A stretch of 45,220 nucleotides of DNA from Octopus bimaculoides (Eukaryota): positions 121,802,588 to 121,847,807 of the forward strand of contig NC_068981.1 of NCBI RefSeq assembly GCF_001194135.2, read 5' to 3'. Of the stretch, positions 25,170-37,988 are shown in pieces; the first letter of the stretch is position 1, and each line of letters starts with the position of its first letter. The notes under the pieces are model-generated. The model was not told the DNA's origin. It saw only the letters and a program-made list of their open reading frames with translations, and ran no database searches. A program made the translations under genes and the position numbers.

Positions 25170-26780
25170 TTAGTGGTTAGCAAAAAGGATGTAGGAAAGT
25201 ATTGAAAGTACGTTTGATGAGCGCAGTGCCAGTTGTTAGCATCCATTTTGTCTCAGGAAACAATGGAGTTGCGCATAAAATATACTAGTCCGGTTTTTAC
25301 ATTTCATGTCCTAATACATTTGCTGTGGTTGTGTAGTCCTCTCCTGGACAAACACTCTCTCTGGCTGATTGTAATGTCATAATTTCTTCTCGACGTCTGT
25401 TCATGTCTTTCCATTTCTCCTCTCTCCCTCTGTCACTCCTCTGTGTTCCCTCTTCCATGGTGCGTCGCCAATCTTCATGGTTGCTGGCAACCGCTTCCCA
25501 GTTGCTAATATTGATGTCGCAGGCCTTCATGTCCCTTTTGCAAACATACTTGTATCGTAAGAACGGTCTTCCCACAGACCTAGTGCCCCTAGCAAGCTTT
25601 CCGTAGAGTATGTCCTTGGGGATCCTTTCATCTTCCATACGACTAACATGTCCAAGCCATCTCATACGTCTTTGTGTGAGGAGTGCATACATGCTTGGTA
25701 TTCCTGCTTGCTTGAGTACATCTCTGTTGAGGACACGATTCCTCCATTTGATGCCATGGATTTTCCGGAGGCAGTGCAGGTGAAAAATATTTAGGCGACG
25801 CTCTTGGCGTGTGTATGGCTTCCAGGTCTCACTGCCATACATTAGAGTGCTAAGTACACATGCCTGGTAGATCTTCATTTTTGTGGTCTTGGTCAGCTTA
25901 TTGTTGTCCCATGCCCGTTTAGAGAGTTGGACCATCACAGCAGCTGCCTTTTCAATGCATATTACTGGAGTGCCAGTGATTTTAGTTGATTTTGGTTATA
26001 TTGAGCTTAATCCTTTGCTTTTACAATGAAAAGTTTAAAGGTTCAAAGTTTAATCCAGTATTTAAAAACTAAGTAAATGGGGGTTTAATATTTGTAATGA
26101 TATTCTTTTAGGGTTCACAAAATTATGTAGGTAGTCGGTCAGTTTCCAGTTTCTGTTTTGTATCATTTAGGTTGTTCCCTGCTTGTATTTGGAAGTTGAG
26201 GCCTGTTAGTCTGCATGCTATAGTAATTGTAGGATCAAAATTTGTCTATCTTGTGAATTGTACTCATAGGAAAATGTTGGTAAGTGTAAATATGCTTGTC
26301 AGTATGTTTCTCTCCAGTGGTTCATTGTTGTATTATTAATTTGATTGGTATGTAACACTAGGGGCACTAGGTCTGTGGGAAGAACGTTCTTACGATACAA
26401 GTATGTTTGCAAAAGGGACATGAAGGCCGGCGACATCACTATTAGCAACTGGGAAGCGGTTGCCAGCAACCGTGAAGATTGGCGACACACCATGGAAGAG
26501 GGAACACAAAGGAGTGACAGAGGGAGAGAGGAGAAATGGAAAGACAAGAAAAGACGTCAAGAAGAAATTATGACATTACAATCAGCCAGAGAGAGTGTTT
26601 GTCCAGGAGAGGACTACACAACCACAGCAAATGTATTAGGACATGCAAAGTAAAAACCGGACTAGTATATTTTATGCGCATCTCCATTGTTTCCTGTGAC
26701 AAAATGGATGCTAACAACTGGCACTGCGCTCATCAAACATACTTTCAATACTTTCCTACATCCTTTTTGCTAACCACTAA
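25170..26780. repeat. 423-bp inverted duplication: arms 25170-25592 and 26358-26780, 765-bp spacer
   Basis: ttagtggttagcaaaaagg...gtgcccctag is mirrored by ctaggggcac...cctttttgctaaccactaa. The arms are equal in length with scattered substitutions (about 10 aa differences between the two translated copies). Confidence 0.95.
25232..25960 (-). mobile_element. RTE (BovB-like) LINE 3' fragment including C-terminal ORF region and tail
   Basis: ORF 25297-25938: KIYQACVLSTLMYGSETW..RRLNIFHLHCLRKIHGIKWRNRV.N.DVL..AGIPSMYALLTQRRMRWLGHVSRMEDERIPKDILYG...R..GRP.LRYK.VCKRD. The UTR ends gcgcaactccattgtttcctgagacaaaatggatgctaacaac. Confidence 0.92.
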
Positions 26781-26828
26781 AATGTGTTTTGTGGCGGTTG
26801 TTTTTGTAACCTATGGTGCTAGATTTTG

Positions 26829-26865
<37 letters not shown>

Positions 26866-26965
26866 NNNNNNNNNNNNNNNNNNNNNNNNNNNNNNNNNNN
26901 NNNNNNNNNNNNNNNNNNNNNNNNNNNNNNNNNNNNNNNNNNNNNNNNNNNNNNNNNNNNNNNNN

Positions 26966-27028
<63 letters not shown>

Positions 27029-27030
27029 CG
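26966..27030. repeat. (GT)n-(GC)n alternating purine-pyrimidine tract
   Basis: Direct reading next to a gap. Confidence 0.95.
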
Positions 27031-28160
27031 TATAGCTACATGTATGTTTTGTGCTTGTTTTGTCACCGATCACGGATTGCAAACAACTTTTGGCTCGTTC
27101 ACAACCCTGTGAAATTGAAATAGCGGTGCGAAAAAATGATGCCAATAGAATTAATAAGTGGCTTAGAAAGAAAGATGTTCTGTTCTTAATTTGTTCGACT
27201 TAATCCATCAAGGTGAAGATCCAGTATGGCCACAGTCTATTGAATGAAACAAGTAAGAAAATAAAAGATAAAAGGAAGGCACGTTGTAAATTTTCTTTCT
27301 TTGCCAAAGAAATGTTCTAAATTATTTTCTTCCCCCTTCATTTTCACGTATAATAACACTACATTCAATGATTTGTTTAAATCCAGTGAGATATCCAGCT
27401 TCCGCGCAATCGTCCGTCGTATTTGAAATCCATAATTCAAAAGTTATGCATTCCATATTGTTTTCCAAGCCTGTCAAACAGTCTAGAATTCTCAGAAAAT
27501 GTTTTTCCTTCAGTTAGATCCTATTACATTTGTTTCGTAGGCTATTTCCCCAAACACTGACAAGATTATTGTTAATCACAATTTCATTCACTTTTTGATG
27601 CACACTTTGTCGTACATTAGCAATCATTACAGTAATTTCACTTTTTGTACAGAAAGTTGATTATGAAGCAGTTCTTTGTTGATATTCATGTTCTGCATAA
27701 TAGTATTCATTGTTGATTCACCAAGGGGTTCAGCTTTGGAAGCACCAATTTTACTTTCAAAACATTGTTAATGTTTCTGTCCTTCTTTCCTCTTTGTAGG
27801 AATTTCACAACTGAAATCATTATGGTACATTGAAACAATGGAAAAGTAGAGAAGCCCTATTAATAAGAGGAATGATAAATTACCAATAAATCTCGAAGAA
27901 GAAGTTGTTAAGAAGTACTGTGCGCAGACGTGGACCAGAAAAAGTAAAAAAAAAGAAACGATAACATGTCTAACCTAATGAAAACGAGCAATATATTCCT
28001 TACGACATCGAAGATGTATAATATAGCATCATTTTGCATGATTTGCAGGAACAGAACTAAGTTGCATAAAATCGAAATACTGAGACAGAAACAGGCACAA
28101 ATATATATAATTTACATTATTTACATTTGACAGATATTTTTCCTCATCTTGTTTGTTGTT

Positions 28161-28206
28161 AACATAACGTTTCGGCTGATATACCCTCTAGCATTCATCA
28201 GGTGGC
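28161..28206 (-). ncRNA. Minimal hammerhead motif in the inverted arm (family A, partly decayed)
   Basis: Reverse complement: GCCAC-CUGAUGA-A-UGCUA-GAGGGUAUAU-CAGCC-GAAAC-GUU-AUGUU. Core intact; helices I and II carry mismatches. Confidence 0.55.
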
Positions 28207-28290
28207 TTGGGGAAATTTTGAACCTGGGTTCTCATTCCTAACATCGAAAAATACCTTAGGAATGAGAACCTAGGTTCGAAATTTCGCCAA

Positions 28291-28336
28291 GACACCTGAT
28301 GAAGGCTGGAGGATATATCAGCTGAAACGTTGTGTT
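28291..28336 (+). ncRNA. Minimal type I hammerhead ribozyme motif (family A, best copy)
   Basis: GACAC-CUGAUGA(28296-28302)-A-GGCUG-GAGGAUAUAU-CAGCU-GAAAC(28324-28328)-GUU-GUGUU. 5-bp helix I, 5-bp helix II, palindromic helix III AACGUU. Confidence 0.7.
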
Positions 28337-30762
28337 AACAACAAATAAGATGAGGACAAATATCCGTCAAATGTAAATAGTATAAATAATGTACACAATT
28401 CCTCATCTCTTAGATATAGAACACAAATATATATAATTTGCAGTACTTTAATTCTCGGGTTCTCTGGTATTATACCAGCTCTTCTATACAAAAGAAAAAC
28501 CATAATATGCCCGTATGTATAAGAGGTAAATATATTTATCTGCACACTTGGCATCGTTTGAATTACGGCCGTTTAGTAGCGTTCTTCATGTAATAGAAGT
28601 TTTAGAATGGAGGAAATTATGCTTACATGTATGCACTAATATGCATGTGAGATATTATACAATACAGTTGTATATTCACTAATAAATGGAAATAAAGATC
28701 GTCAGGGATTGGTGTAATCGTGATGGACTGATGATTTGATGATCTAGCTTTCTTGATTTGTTTTAACTGCAAATATACAATAATATAATGCTGATCATGC
28801 ATAATAATATATGCATAGTAATACTTGCGTCTACTTACATAATTACAATATTCGAAGGCATGAGAAGAAGATTGTGGGTCTGGATATAAGATACACGCTT
28901 TTAGTCTTATCGACATCAATATAGTGAACTAGCATCAAGCAAATTTCACTGCAGTCTCTAGATCGTAAGATGGCTGGCCCCTTACCGCCTAATTTAAGTG
29001 ACATTATTAATGCGATATGAATTTGATTTTCCCTCGTTTGTCTGAAACAGATCATTCTATTTTATTAGATGTATTTAGTCAACATATTTGTGGTTAGATC
29101 TGGTTTAACGTCTGTTGGAGTGAGTTTTCCGCTTCTTAGGATAGGAGATTTAAACTCAGACGATTTAAAACCACTACCTGGCCGTTGAGCAGAATAATAC
29201 GTTTTTGCAAAAATAGAGACTAGTTCTCCTATACGAAGAAAATTATTCCCTTCCCTAAACAAGTTTGCGATGCTCTGGTTGCGGGCATCGTTTTATCTCT
29301 CAGTCATAAATAGAACAGTGGGGAGAGCCTATTCTTACCGGAACAGTCAATGCAGTGTGGGTCATCACATGCTAATTATCTATATGGAAGCAGAAAAAAA
29401 GACAGTATTTTATTAATATTGTTCTATTAAACTCAAGAAAACATTTCCTTAAATATATGATTTCCACTTATAATCTTGTACTTGATTTACCTCTTGTATT
29501 CAGTAAATGCCAATATAATCGTATTAAACTGCGATTTAAAGATATTTTCTTTTGATTTACACGCCGCGTTGCTAATATTTTAATCATAAAAAATCATTTC
29601 CTCCTACAGACCGCACTATAGGATAAAATTATCATGCCACGTGTGTGTGTGTGGGGGGGGGGGCAATACGTTTTGTGTTGCTACCTAATTTGCTTTATAT
29701 AGCAATTAATTCGGATTCAACCTACGCTTTTATAACTTAGTTGCATACCTCTCCCTTCGAACATTTCTGTCTTTCTTTGAATGTTATTTTCATATATGAC
29801 AACACATTGAGAGACAGAACTGAAATAAATTCCTATAAATTATACATTTATTGCCAGAAATAAAATATGAATCGCAGGATAACTATTTACATTTCTTTCA
29901 GCTGTACTTCTTATCAAACTACTCATATTTTGTTAAGTTTTGATTAGCAAGTCCTACGAGATAACCTCTTGATAAAAATTCAATCAGATATACTATTTTC
30001 AGCCTATAAGAATGCTATGAATATGGGAAAGAGTAGGTGACATTTTAGTACATACAAAAGTACTTTCACTGTACGAAACATCATTGAAATTTTATTGGAG
30101 ACAGTGTGCCATCGTATATCTAGATTGTTTATTAAATTGTACAGTCCCCTTGAAGCAAGCTAGGAGATAGCAAAACATATTCAAACTTTTCGCCTTTAGG
30201 TGAACAATGAATGATCTGAAAATAGTTTTTATAATTATTGCAAATCAAAATCCACAATTAATCGTCTCAATAAGTGAAATAATACATTACCACTATTGCA
30301 TAAAAGTGCTTGCGACGTTATTCACTATAGATACAAAGATCTCACGGTAGGACACTTGTAAATTAGGTGCCGTAATTAAGGATCGTGCCGGGCTATCGTA
30401 ATTATTTGAAGAAGGAAGCAAAAATTAGTAATCTTTTTAAAGAATCTACAAAATCTTTCAAACTCAGAAAATATAGGATTCAATTAAAAGTGACTCAATT
30501 TCTGATCGAATAACTAATTTCTATACTGTGATACTGCTTAAAAGACATAGGTTTTGCGTTGCATTATTGCTACAATTAATTAATGATATTTACCTAAGCA
30601 TCGAGAGAAGATAAAGACAAAATTGAACCGTTTTGTAAGCATAGGTCGTCCACTAGTCATATCCGCTCCAATCTTCACTTACCTTCACTTAGATTAAAAC
30701 AATCACTTTAGTTGATATATATTATTAATCTTCAACAATATAAACGTGAGTTCGATACATGA

Positions 30763-30957
30763 CCCGAGCGAAATGATTAGTGGTATTTCGTCTGTCTTTA
30801 CGTTCTAAGTTCAAATTCCGCCGAGGTTGACTTTACCTTTCATCCTTTGGGGTCGATAGATTAAGTACCATTTGTGTACTGGGTTGATCTAATCGACTGC
30901 CCCCCCCCCCGAAAAAAAAATTTGGGGCTTTGTGCCTAGAGTAGAAAAGAATTATTA
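30763..30957 (+). mobile_element. tRNA-derived SINE (main family), 5'-eroded
   Basis: cgagcgaaatgattagtggtatttcg...aagttcaaattccgccgaggttgactttacctttcatcctttggggtcgatagattaagtacc...ctttgtgcctagagtagaaaagaattatt. Confidence 0.9.
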
Positions 30958-33589
30958 AATTCTGCGCTCTGTCGTCAAATGAAAACCTAACACATATACT
31001 TCATGCCAAAGCTTTATCTTTTTTTCTGAAAATTCTTTCTAGTGAACTGTTAAACCGCAACAAAGCAAAAGGACAATCCGCTCTGAGTACTGATTAAATA
31101 AGTCAGATAAAGATTTGCGTACACACACACACACATACTCACACGCACGCACATACACGCACAACACATATACACATACAACACATATACACACACACAA
31201 AACATACAAGTACACACAAATACACACACACATACACAACCACACTCACATACACAAACATACTCACGCACACAAACACACAGTTGGCACCCAAATATAG
31301 GATATCTCGCTGAAGGGTAAACCACATCTTCACTTCCACGTTGTTTATTCTCACTTTCTCTTCTATTATTACTACTAAAGTTTTTTCAGCTCTTGAGAAG
31401 TAATACGCATTTCATATTTAAAAAATCTATTTATTTGTAGTTTTATCTCTCAAAACAATGCTCTAAATTACTTGATCCATGATTCCCTCCTAGAATCCCA
31501 TCCCTTTCGAATTCACTTTTTGTCCAAATTCACGCAAGATGCATCGATTTGCATAGATTCAAACAAAATATTAATATCACTCATATTACCTTTCTAGAAA
31601 GCCTACAAAATGCATTGATGGTTTGGGCTTCCTTAGGCAAATATAATCCAGAAGATATCTCTTAATTTACATCATACGTGACAATATACAGAGTTTTATT
31701 TATCTTAATATACGCATTTACTCACTTATCGCTTCGCTGTAGATACTCGTTCTTTCACATTAATAAACCGAATGAATACGTATATTTCTTATGAAATAAC
31801 TAGAATTCAGCGCAAAATTGCTACCATGTTACTCATAGTGTCATGTGATGCGAAGGTTCAAAATCCTTTTCCTGAACTTCCAAATTATCGTTCAATTTGT
31901 AATGCTGTACTCTGTTGATTCCTTGGATGTCAGCCTCAATACAGTAAACCCGTTGCTAACAATTTCCAGCCGTGACCATCTGCTTTTGTATATTCTAAAA
32001 TTTCTTATGTAACTTTCAACACCAGAGACCAATAAAAGTAGTCAGACTGACTACAGTGTAGTTGTAGTACTCTATGTCAATCGGTTAACAGATTGAATGA
32101 CTAGAAAACTGATGAATAAATATGACCATAGAAATATTGCAGTGACAAGACAAGTAGCGTATTTTCTTAGTATTTTCTTCTATGGCAACAAACCAAAATT
32201 TGCAGACTATCATTCCAATAACAAACAGGTGTACTTATTTTGCACATTTTGCATATTAGAGTTTTATGATATATTAATATATCCCAAGGGAGTGACTTTG
32301 CTTTCATCTACTCAGTGTCATTCGCATGTGTTTCAGTAACATATTTTGGTTGTAAGATAATCGATCATGTTACTTAGCGAAATATTACTTTGCTTCAGGC
32401 AAAGAAAATCCATGTTATTCAGAATTGCGTATCTTCTACAGATAAAGACAAATGGCATTATCTTCTAGATATTGATTATTAATCTTTGAAAATTAACGCT
32501 GGGGGATGCCTGCCATCTAGGAAATTATAAGATATTGTTTTCTAACAAGAGAAAACAAAGTGTTGTCTATATTAAATGATGCAAACAATGCAGTGAGCAT
32601 TTTTCACTTTGAGGAAATTTAATACATTATCGCTTTGTGCTTTTTACATTATTTCATATAGTGGCACCTAATACTAATTGAAATTTACACACTAGAATTC
32701 TATTTCCTCTTCATCTGATAATTACTGATTAATTTCCGATAATTGTTCGATTTGGGGCGTCACTTCCTATGCCTTTTTATTTTCATTTTTTTTCTTCAAA
32801 TTATGAATCTGGCTTAAATTACTCACCCTCAGTCTCTCATTAATCTTTCTTATTTTTCTATATATGTCACTGTCTCCGCAATCTTTTGTTCTCTATCTCC
32901 TCCCCTATCTTTTGTGTGAGAAACAAACAAACTAAATTTAATGAAATGAAATGAAATGCAAAGTTGCGAAAGGAAGAGAATAATAAATCAAACGAACACC
33001 GCAAAGAAATTTATGACTGAGTAAATAACATGTAAATTAATAAATATTTGTCTATTTTAATGCTAATGTTTTGTGTTCATTAGAAAATCCTTTCTAAAAT
33101 ATTTTACAAAAGATGAAAAGCACTAACGTTTGATGCCTTCTTGGTTCTAAGCTCGAATTCTATCTAGAATAATTTTCTTTCGAATCACTACTGGGTTGAA
33201 ATAATAAGACACATCGATATACAAGGAAGCTGTCAATATACTTTGCTCTGTATTAATTCTTTATTAATTTATTTATATTGAATTAATAAACTAATATAAT
33301 AGTGTATAATACTGTAACTGGCGATGAAAAATTACTTGTTTAAAAATTACTTAGACAATAAGTCTTCATATATATTTCAGAAGATAAATTTTCAGGTACG
33401 TTTGAGATTCCACTGAGAGTATTTTGTTTTCATCCATGCCGCATAGGATTTCTTTATGTCACAGGGAACCTCTCGTAATTTCGATGGTTGAGACATCGGA
33501 AATACTATGGGTATGTAGTATCTCATTGCTTAAAGTTTTAGCTAATTGAAATTATGAATTGTATACTTTTCATTACTTAACTCCAATGC

Positions 33590-33790
33590 AGTGAATAGGC
33601 AAAATTGGCAACAACATATTTTGCAATATTTTTTTATATTCTGAGTTCTAATCCTGCCGACGACAATTTTTCCATCCATCCCGTCAGGGTTGATAAAACA
33701 ACGTGGCAGTCTAATACTGCTGTGGAAAGTTTTGACTAACACCATCCTTTCAAAACTGATGACCTTGTGCCGAAATCAGAAACCATTATA
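33590..33790 (+). mobile_element. Old diverged SINE (main-family relative)
   Basis: ttctgagttctaatcctgccgacgacaattttccatccatcccgtcagggttgataaaac...ccttgtgccgaaatcagaaaccattat. Confidence 0.6.
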
Positions 33791-34970
33791 TCGCTTAACT
33801 AATCTAGATGAAACGTCGCGTGGCAGGCTAATTTGAAAAGGCAATTGAAATGGCGATGAGTAATTTCAACCATTTCTACTTAAGCCATTTTGAGCATCTT
33901 CTGTATATAGAGTTTTGTGATAAAAAATGTTGTTCAAGTACATTAACGAAGGGATTAGTAAAAAGGAATACTGAAATTTTAATTCTACGGCTGCTCAGAA
34001 CTGGTTCAGACACATTACTGAAGGTTGGAAAGTTCTATATGTTCCTAGTAATATCAAGTACTTTAAGTTTGCTTCTATCCTTTGACGAAGGGCCTTGGAT
34101 AAAAATGGTGTTTTTGTCTTACCAACCGGTGCATTTAATTTAGATATCAAATATCTTTTGTGGTTATTGTTACCAAGATAGAGACACTAATCTTTCTTAT
34201 TTGAACATTACTAATGTTCATAACGGCACACGTAGATATATTTTAAAGGATTTTTCGGGTATTAAAGTATTTACACAATTCAGAAACAGTAAAAATAATA
34301 TTAAAAGTTGATAGAAACGCATCCTGGGGTGTAGTTATGTGTACTCACAGAGATTACTCGTGTAAACATAACCGATATACATATATACAAGCAAATACCC
34401 AAAGTTTGCCAAATTACAGTTTTATGCTAACAACCTAGAAAAATGTTTCATATGAATATTCATTAGAGTAATACAAAATAAGTTATACTTAACATTACTA
34501 AAACTATTAAATTAGAAACGTTTACCTGAGAATTTACTTAAAATGAAAAAAACATCGTATGCAACAGATAAGCCGTCTTAATACATTTCTGTGTACCAGA
34601 TATTTAGCTGTTATTTTTAGCATAACGAGTTTTCTGGTGAGGACTTCATTTGCCTTCATTGCCTGTTTGTTGCCTCAGTAGAAATCTACGGATGCACAAA
34701 CGCACGGAATGGAGAAAGTGAAAAAATATGGATTACTTGTTCCGAAACGCACCTATCCATTTTCTTCAAATTATGACGAATTGAAATGGACTCCGGTGGA
34801 TTTTCGGAAATTTCCCATCCTAGAACCCCCCCCCCCCAACATTTCGCTCCACCAATCTACATGATATAACACATATTCATAGTATGTTTCATTAAAAAAA
34901 TAACAATTTTGCTGAAAGTCGAAAATCGAGGGGTGGCAGAAACCTGTAGTTATGCCATATATATACATAC

Positions 34971-35073
<103 letters not shown>

Positions 35074-35094
35074 ATATATATATATATAAGGAGA

Positions 35095-35220
35095 GTTCGC
35101 AAAAAAAAAAAGACGAAGACAGGTGGTGTAGACAACAAACAGATGCATTAGTATAACGCTCGGGAATTGAAAAAGTCTCTTAACGTTTTGAGCCTACGCT
35201 CTTCCACAGAAAGGAACATA
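35095..35220 (-). mobile_element. Short repeat fragment carrying a degenerate minimal-hammerhead layout (family C)
   Basis: Minus strand 35213-35179: CUUU-CUGUGGA-A-GAGC-GUAG-GCUC-AAAAC-GUU-AAG. Perfect helix II and AACGUU palindrome, but core A6 and G12 are altered. Element boundaries are approximate. Confidence 0.4.
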
Positions 35221-36109
35221 GAAAGAAACAAGGAGAGAAACAAGCAGAGAAAAATAATGTGTGTAGAGGTTAGCGATCTATCATGGCGAAATATATATAT
35301 ATATATACATACATACATATACGCGCGCGCGCGCGTGTTTGCTAGTGTCTGTTTTCCCTTTAGTTATTGTTGACTTATACACGTCAACAAATGAGCAAAT
35401 TGGGTACTCTCTTTGCAGTTGTTCAATTTGCTAGAAATAACAGCCAAATCTCACTCCTACTATGCTCTGGTTCATATTAAGGAAAAGGGAAATGTTTACT
35501 CCTCTCCATCATTATGATTCAAAATTAATATTTTTGATTTTGATCGGCTCTATGAATTTAATATTTTTTAAATGCTTCTGTCCATTATTTGATACAGAAA
35601 AATGGAAAATCCTGACCAGAACAGAGAAAGAAAAGTTTTGTTTTCCAGAAACCAAAAGATGTGATTTTAGCTGAGATGAAATTTTATAATTAAAACAAAT
35701 TCATAATTTAAATTTCAGAACATAAGACTTAACACGTAATCTTTTGTATGGTTGCAGTTCAAATGGGTACAAAACCTAAAACAAATGTGTGTACGTGTGT
35801 GTGGTTGGGACTTTAATAGCCAGGGGTCTGTTCAATCGCAGAAAGGAATTCAAAACGGCAACACACGCAACCATATACATACAAATATACTCATACATAC
35901 AAACATATACACAAATACATACCTATCAGCAACTCCCAAAAGCCAGTTTGTTCGTTCCAAAATTTTGACCACCATCCTTTATATATTTGCACAAAGACGC
36001 ATACATACAGCCTCATTCAGCCTTTCGCTTTTATTCATTACTTCTTTTCTTTTAATGGTCTGTCAGTATTCATCTGTTTTTAGTTTTTGCTTTTATTCTG
36101 GGGTATTCA

Positions 36110-36165
36110 CTTTAGCGACACTAGTTACACATGGTGCCAGGAATTTGCTTGGTGTCGCTAAAGAG
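36110..36165 (+). ncRNA. Candidate pre-miRNA-shaped hairpin
   Basis: ctttagcgacac/gtgtcgctaaag form 12 perfect pairs, extended by G-U/A-U pairs to about 18 of 20. Geometry fits 22-nt arms (36110-36131 and 36144-36165) and a 12-nt loop. Confidence 0.35.
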
Positions 36166-36751
36166 GAAGCAGTGTCTTAAGTTTTTGAAAGTTTGAAACA
36201 AAAAGACTTGGTTTTACTTTAAAACTGAGTGTCACAGATATGTTAAAATATGGCCGCTACTGGTTAATTTCAAATTAAACTTACCAAAGTTGAGGGTCTT
36301 CCAGCGCCCCAAGTCTTTTAACACCCCTAGTGTCCCTTTGAGACCCAAATGGCCCCCAGGTGGGGGCAAGTAGATCCCGTTGAGAACCTTTGGCTTAACC
36401 TGTAACAATGAAATTAATCAACCAACCAACCAACATTTATACCGGCTATTATATATGTGTGTCTGTACGTATATATATATATATATATNNNNNNNNNNNN
36501 NNNNNNNNNNNNNNNNNNNNNNNNNNNNNNNNNNNNNNNNNNNNNNNNNNNNNNNNNNNNNNNNNNNNNNNNNNNNNNNNNNNNNNNNNNNNNNNNNNNN
36601 NNNNNNNNNNNNNNNNNNNNNNNNNNNNNNNNNNNNNNNNNNNNNNNNNNNNNNNNNNNNNNNNNNNNNNNNNNNNNNNNNNNNNNNNNNNNNNNNNNNN
36701 NNNNNNNNNNNNNNNNNNNNNNNNNNNNNNNNNNNNNNNNNNNNNNNNNNN

Positions 36752-36815
<64 letters not shown>

Positions 36816-37988
36816 GAAATGTCTATATGTATATGATATCTATATTTTCGGTTGATGTTATGCACTGGAAATGTCGAGAGTTACAAAGAATTATTAAATG
36901 TCAAAACCAGCTGTTCACTTCGAAATATTCTGAAATACGGGGAAATAGAATCTGAGGATACTGTGTTATTTAATTCCAAGAATACAGCAATCATTGATTT
37001 GATGAAAATACCAGAATTCAGAATCTTTTCTTTGGTCGAGATAAACTAGTTGAAATAGATATAGTGGCTCAGATATAGATACGGAGAAAAACAGAATAAG
37101 ATAGTAAAGGAATGATAGAGAAAAGAGAAAAAGATAAAGTGAGAAGAAGATGTTTAGAGATGAAGAGGTGATGAAAGTAAAATATTAAATATATTGAAGG
37201 AGTGAGCTAGCATAAAGGGAGATCTAGTATCCTCTTCCATCATATTTTATTGTATTTTCAGCATAAATATAAATGTAGGTTTTATAACGGAGATTAATAG
37301 GTCTATGACATTAATGCAGAAAATAGATGTTCAATGAATTGAGACATTAGTATTAGAAACCGACTATACATTTCCTGTAACATTTCAACAGTATGCAGTT
37401 TCGAAAATTTATCTCACACTCTGACTACTTAAAAACTATAACTCAGTTACATTTCTTAGTATATAGGAACACTTTTCTGTTTTCTTATATATACATACAC
37501 ACACATACACACACACACATACACACACTCACACACACACACACATATACATACATACATATAATAATATTAGGAACAAAATCCAAAATTACAGGTAAAA
37601 AACTCAATTAAAATCAATTTATAAAAAATTAAAATTAAATTGAGCCTTATAGATAAAGTATATATAAAATATATAGTTTTAGGGAAAATAACCAATTTTC
37701 AAGAACTCATCGATGAAAATCCACTATCACATATAGAAAAACTAATATTTAAAAGCACAATAAATGAGTATAATATAGAGTAAAGTAAATATCATAAGAT
37801 AAATATAATAAAAAGATTACACGTGTTTCATAACCAATTTTCAAATAGAAAAGTAATTTAAATCGATTAAAATCAATTGAAATTATCGAAAATGAATTCT
37901 ATTCAAAAATATAGCTACTCGTCAGATCGTAAGTATATATATTTATACTTACATCATATATATATGTAATTGTACATATGTGTATATA

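Larger units (their letters stand above)
28114..28421 (+). mobile_element. 308-bp fold-back HHR-bearing insertion (family A) with perfect 18-bp TSD; Penelope-like tail-to-tail structure
   Basis: TSD cacaaatatatataattt at 28096-28113 and 28422-28439. Left arm 28114-28241 is the reverse complement of 28256-28392, with a 14-nt spacer catcgaaaaatacc. The forward copy extends ~29 bp further. Confidence 0.9.

Noticed and set aside
25961-26357. Possible Penelope N-terminal motif (FLNTGLNFEP) in the spacer of the inverted duplication
   Set aside because: A single short motif among many stops; left unassigned.
27640-27770. Peptide EPLGESTMNTIMQNM resembling the Crypton/DUF3504 P.G.N...MM motif
   Set aside because: The expected downstream NHS.R motif is absent; the similarity is too short.
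29065-29262. 65-aa minus-strand ORF and an overlapping 51-nt plus-strand exon-like segment
   Set aside because: No homology recognised and the two interpretations conflict; insufficient support.
33752-33780. CTGATGA...GAAA resembling a hammerhead core
   Set aside because: No helix II or GUH triplet; it lies in the tail of an old SINE copy.
34636-34752. CTGGTGAGGAC ... TTCCGAAAC resembling an extended hammerhead
   Set aside because: Core A6 is absent, only 3 bp pair, and there is no helix I/III or cleavage triplet.
36283-36396. Possible small MITE (ccaaag...gttgagaacctttgg)
   Set aside because: Only 6 bp of terminal inversion and no convincing TSD.
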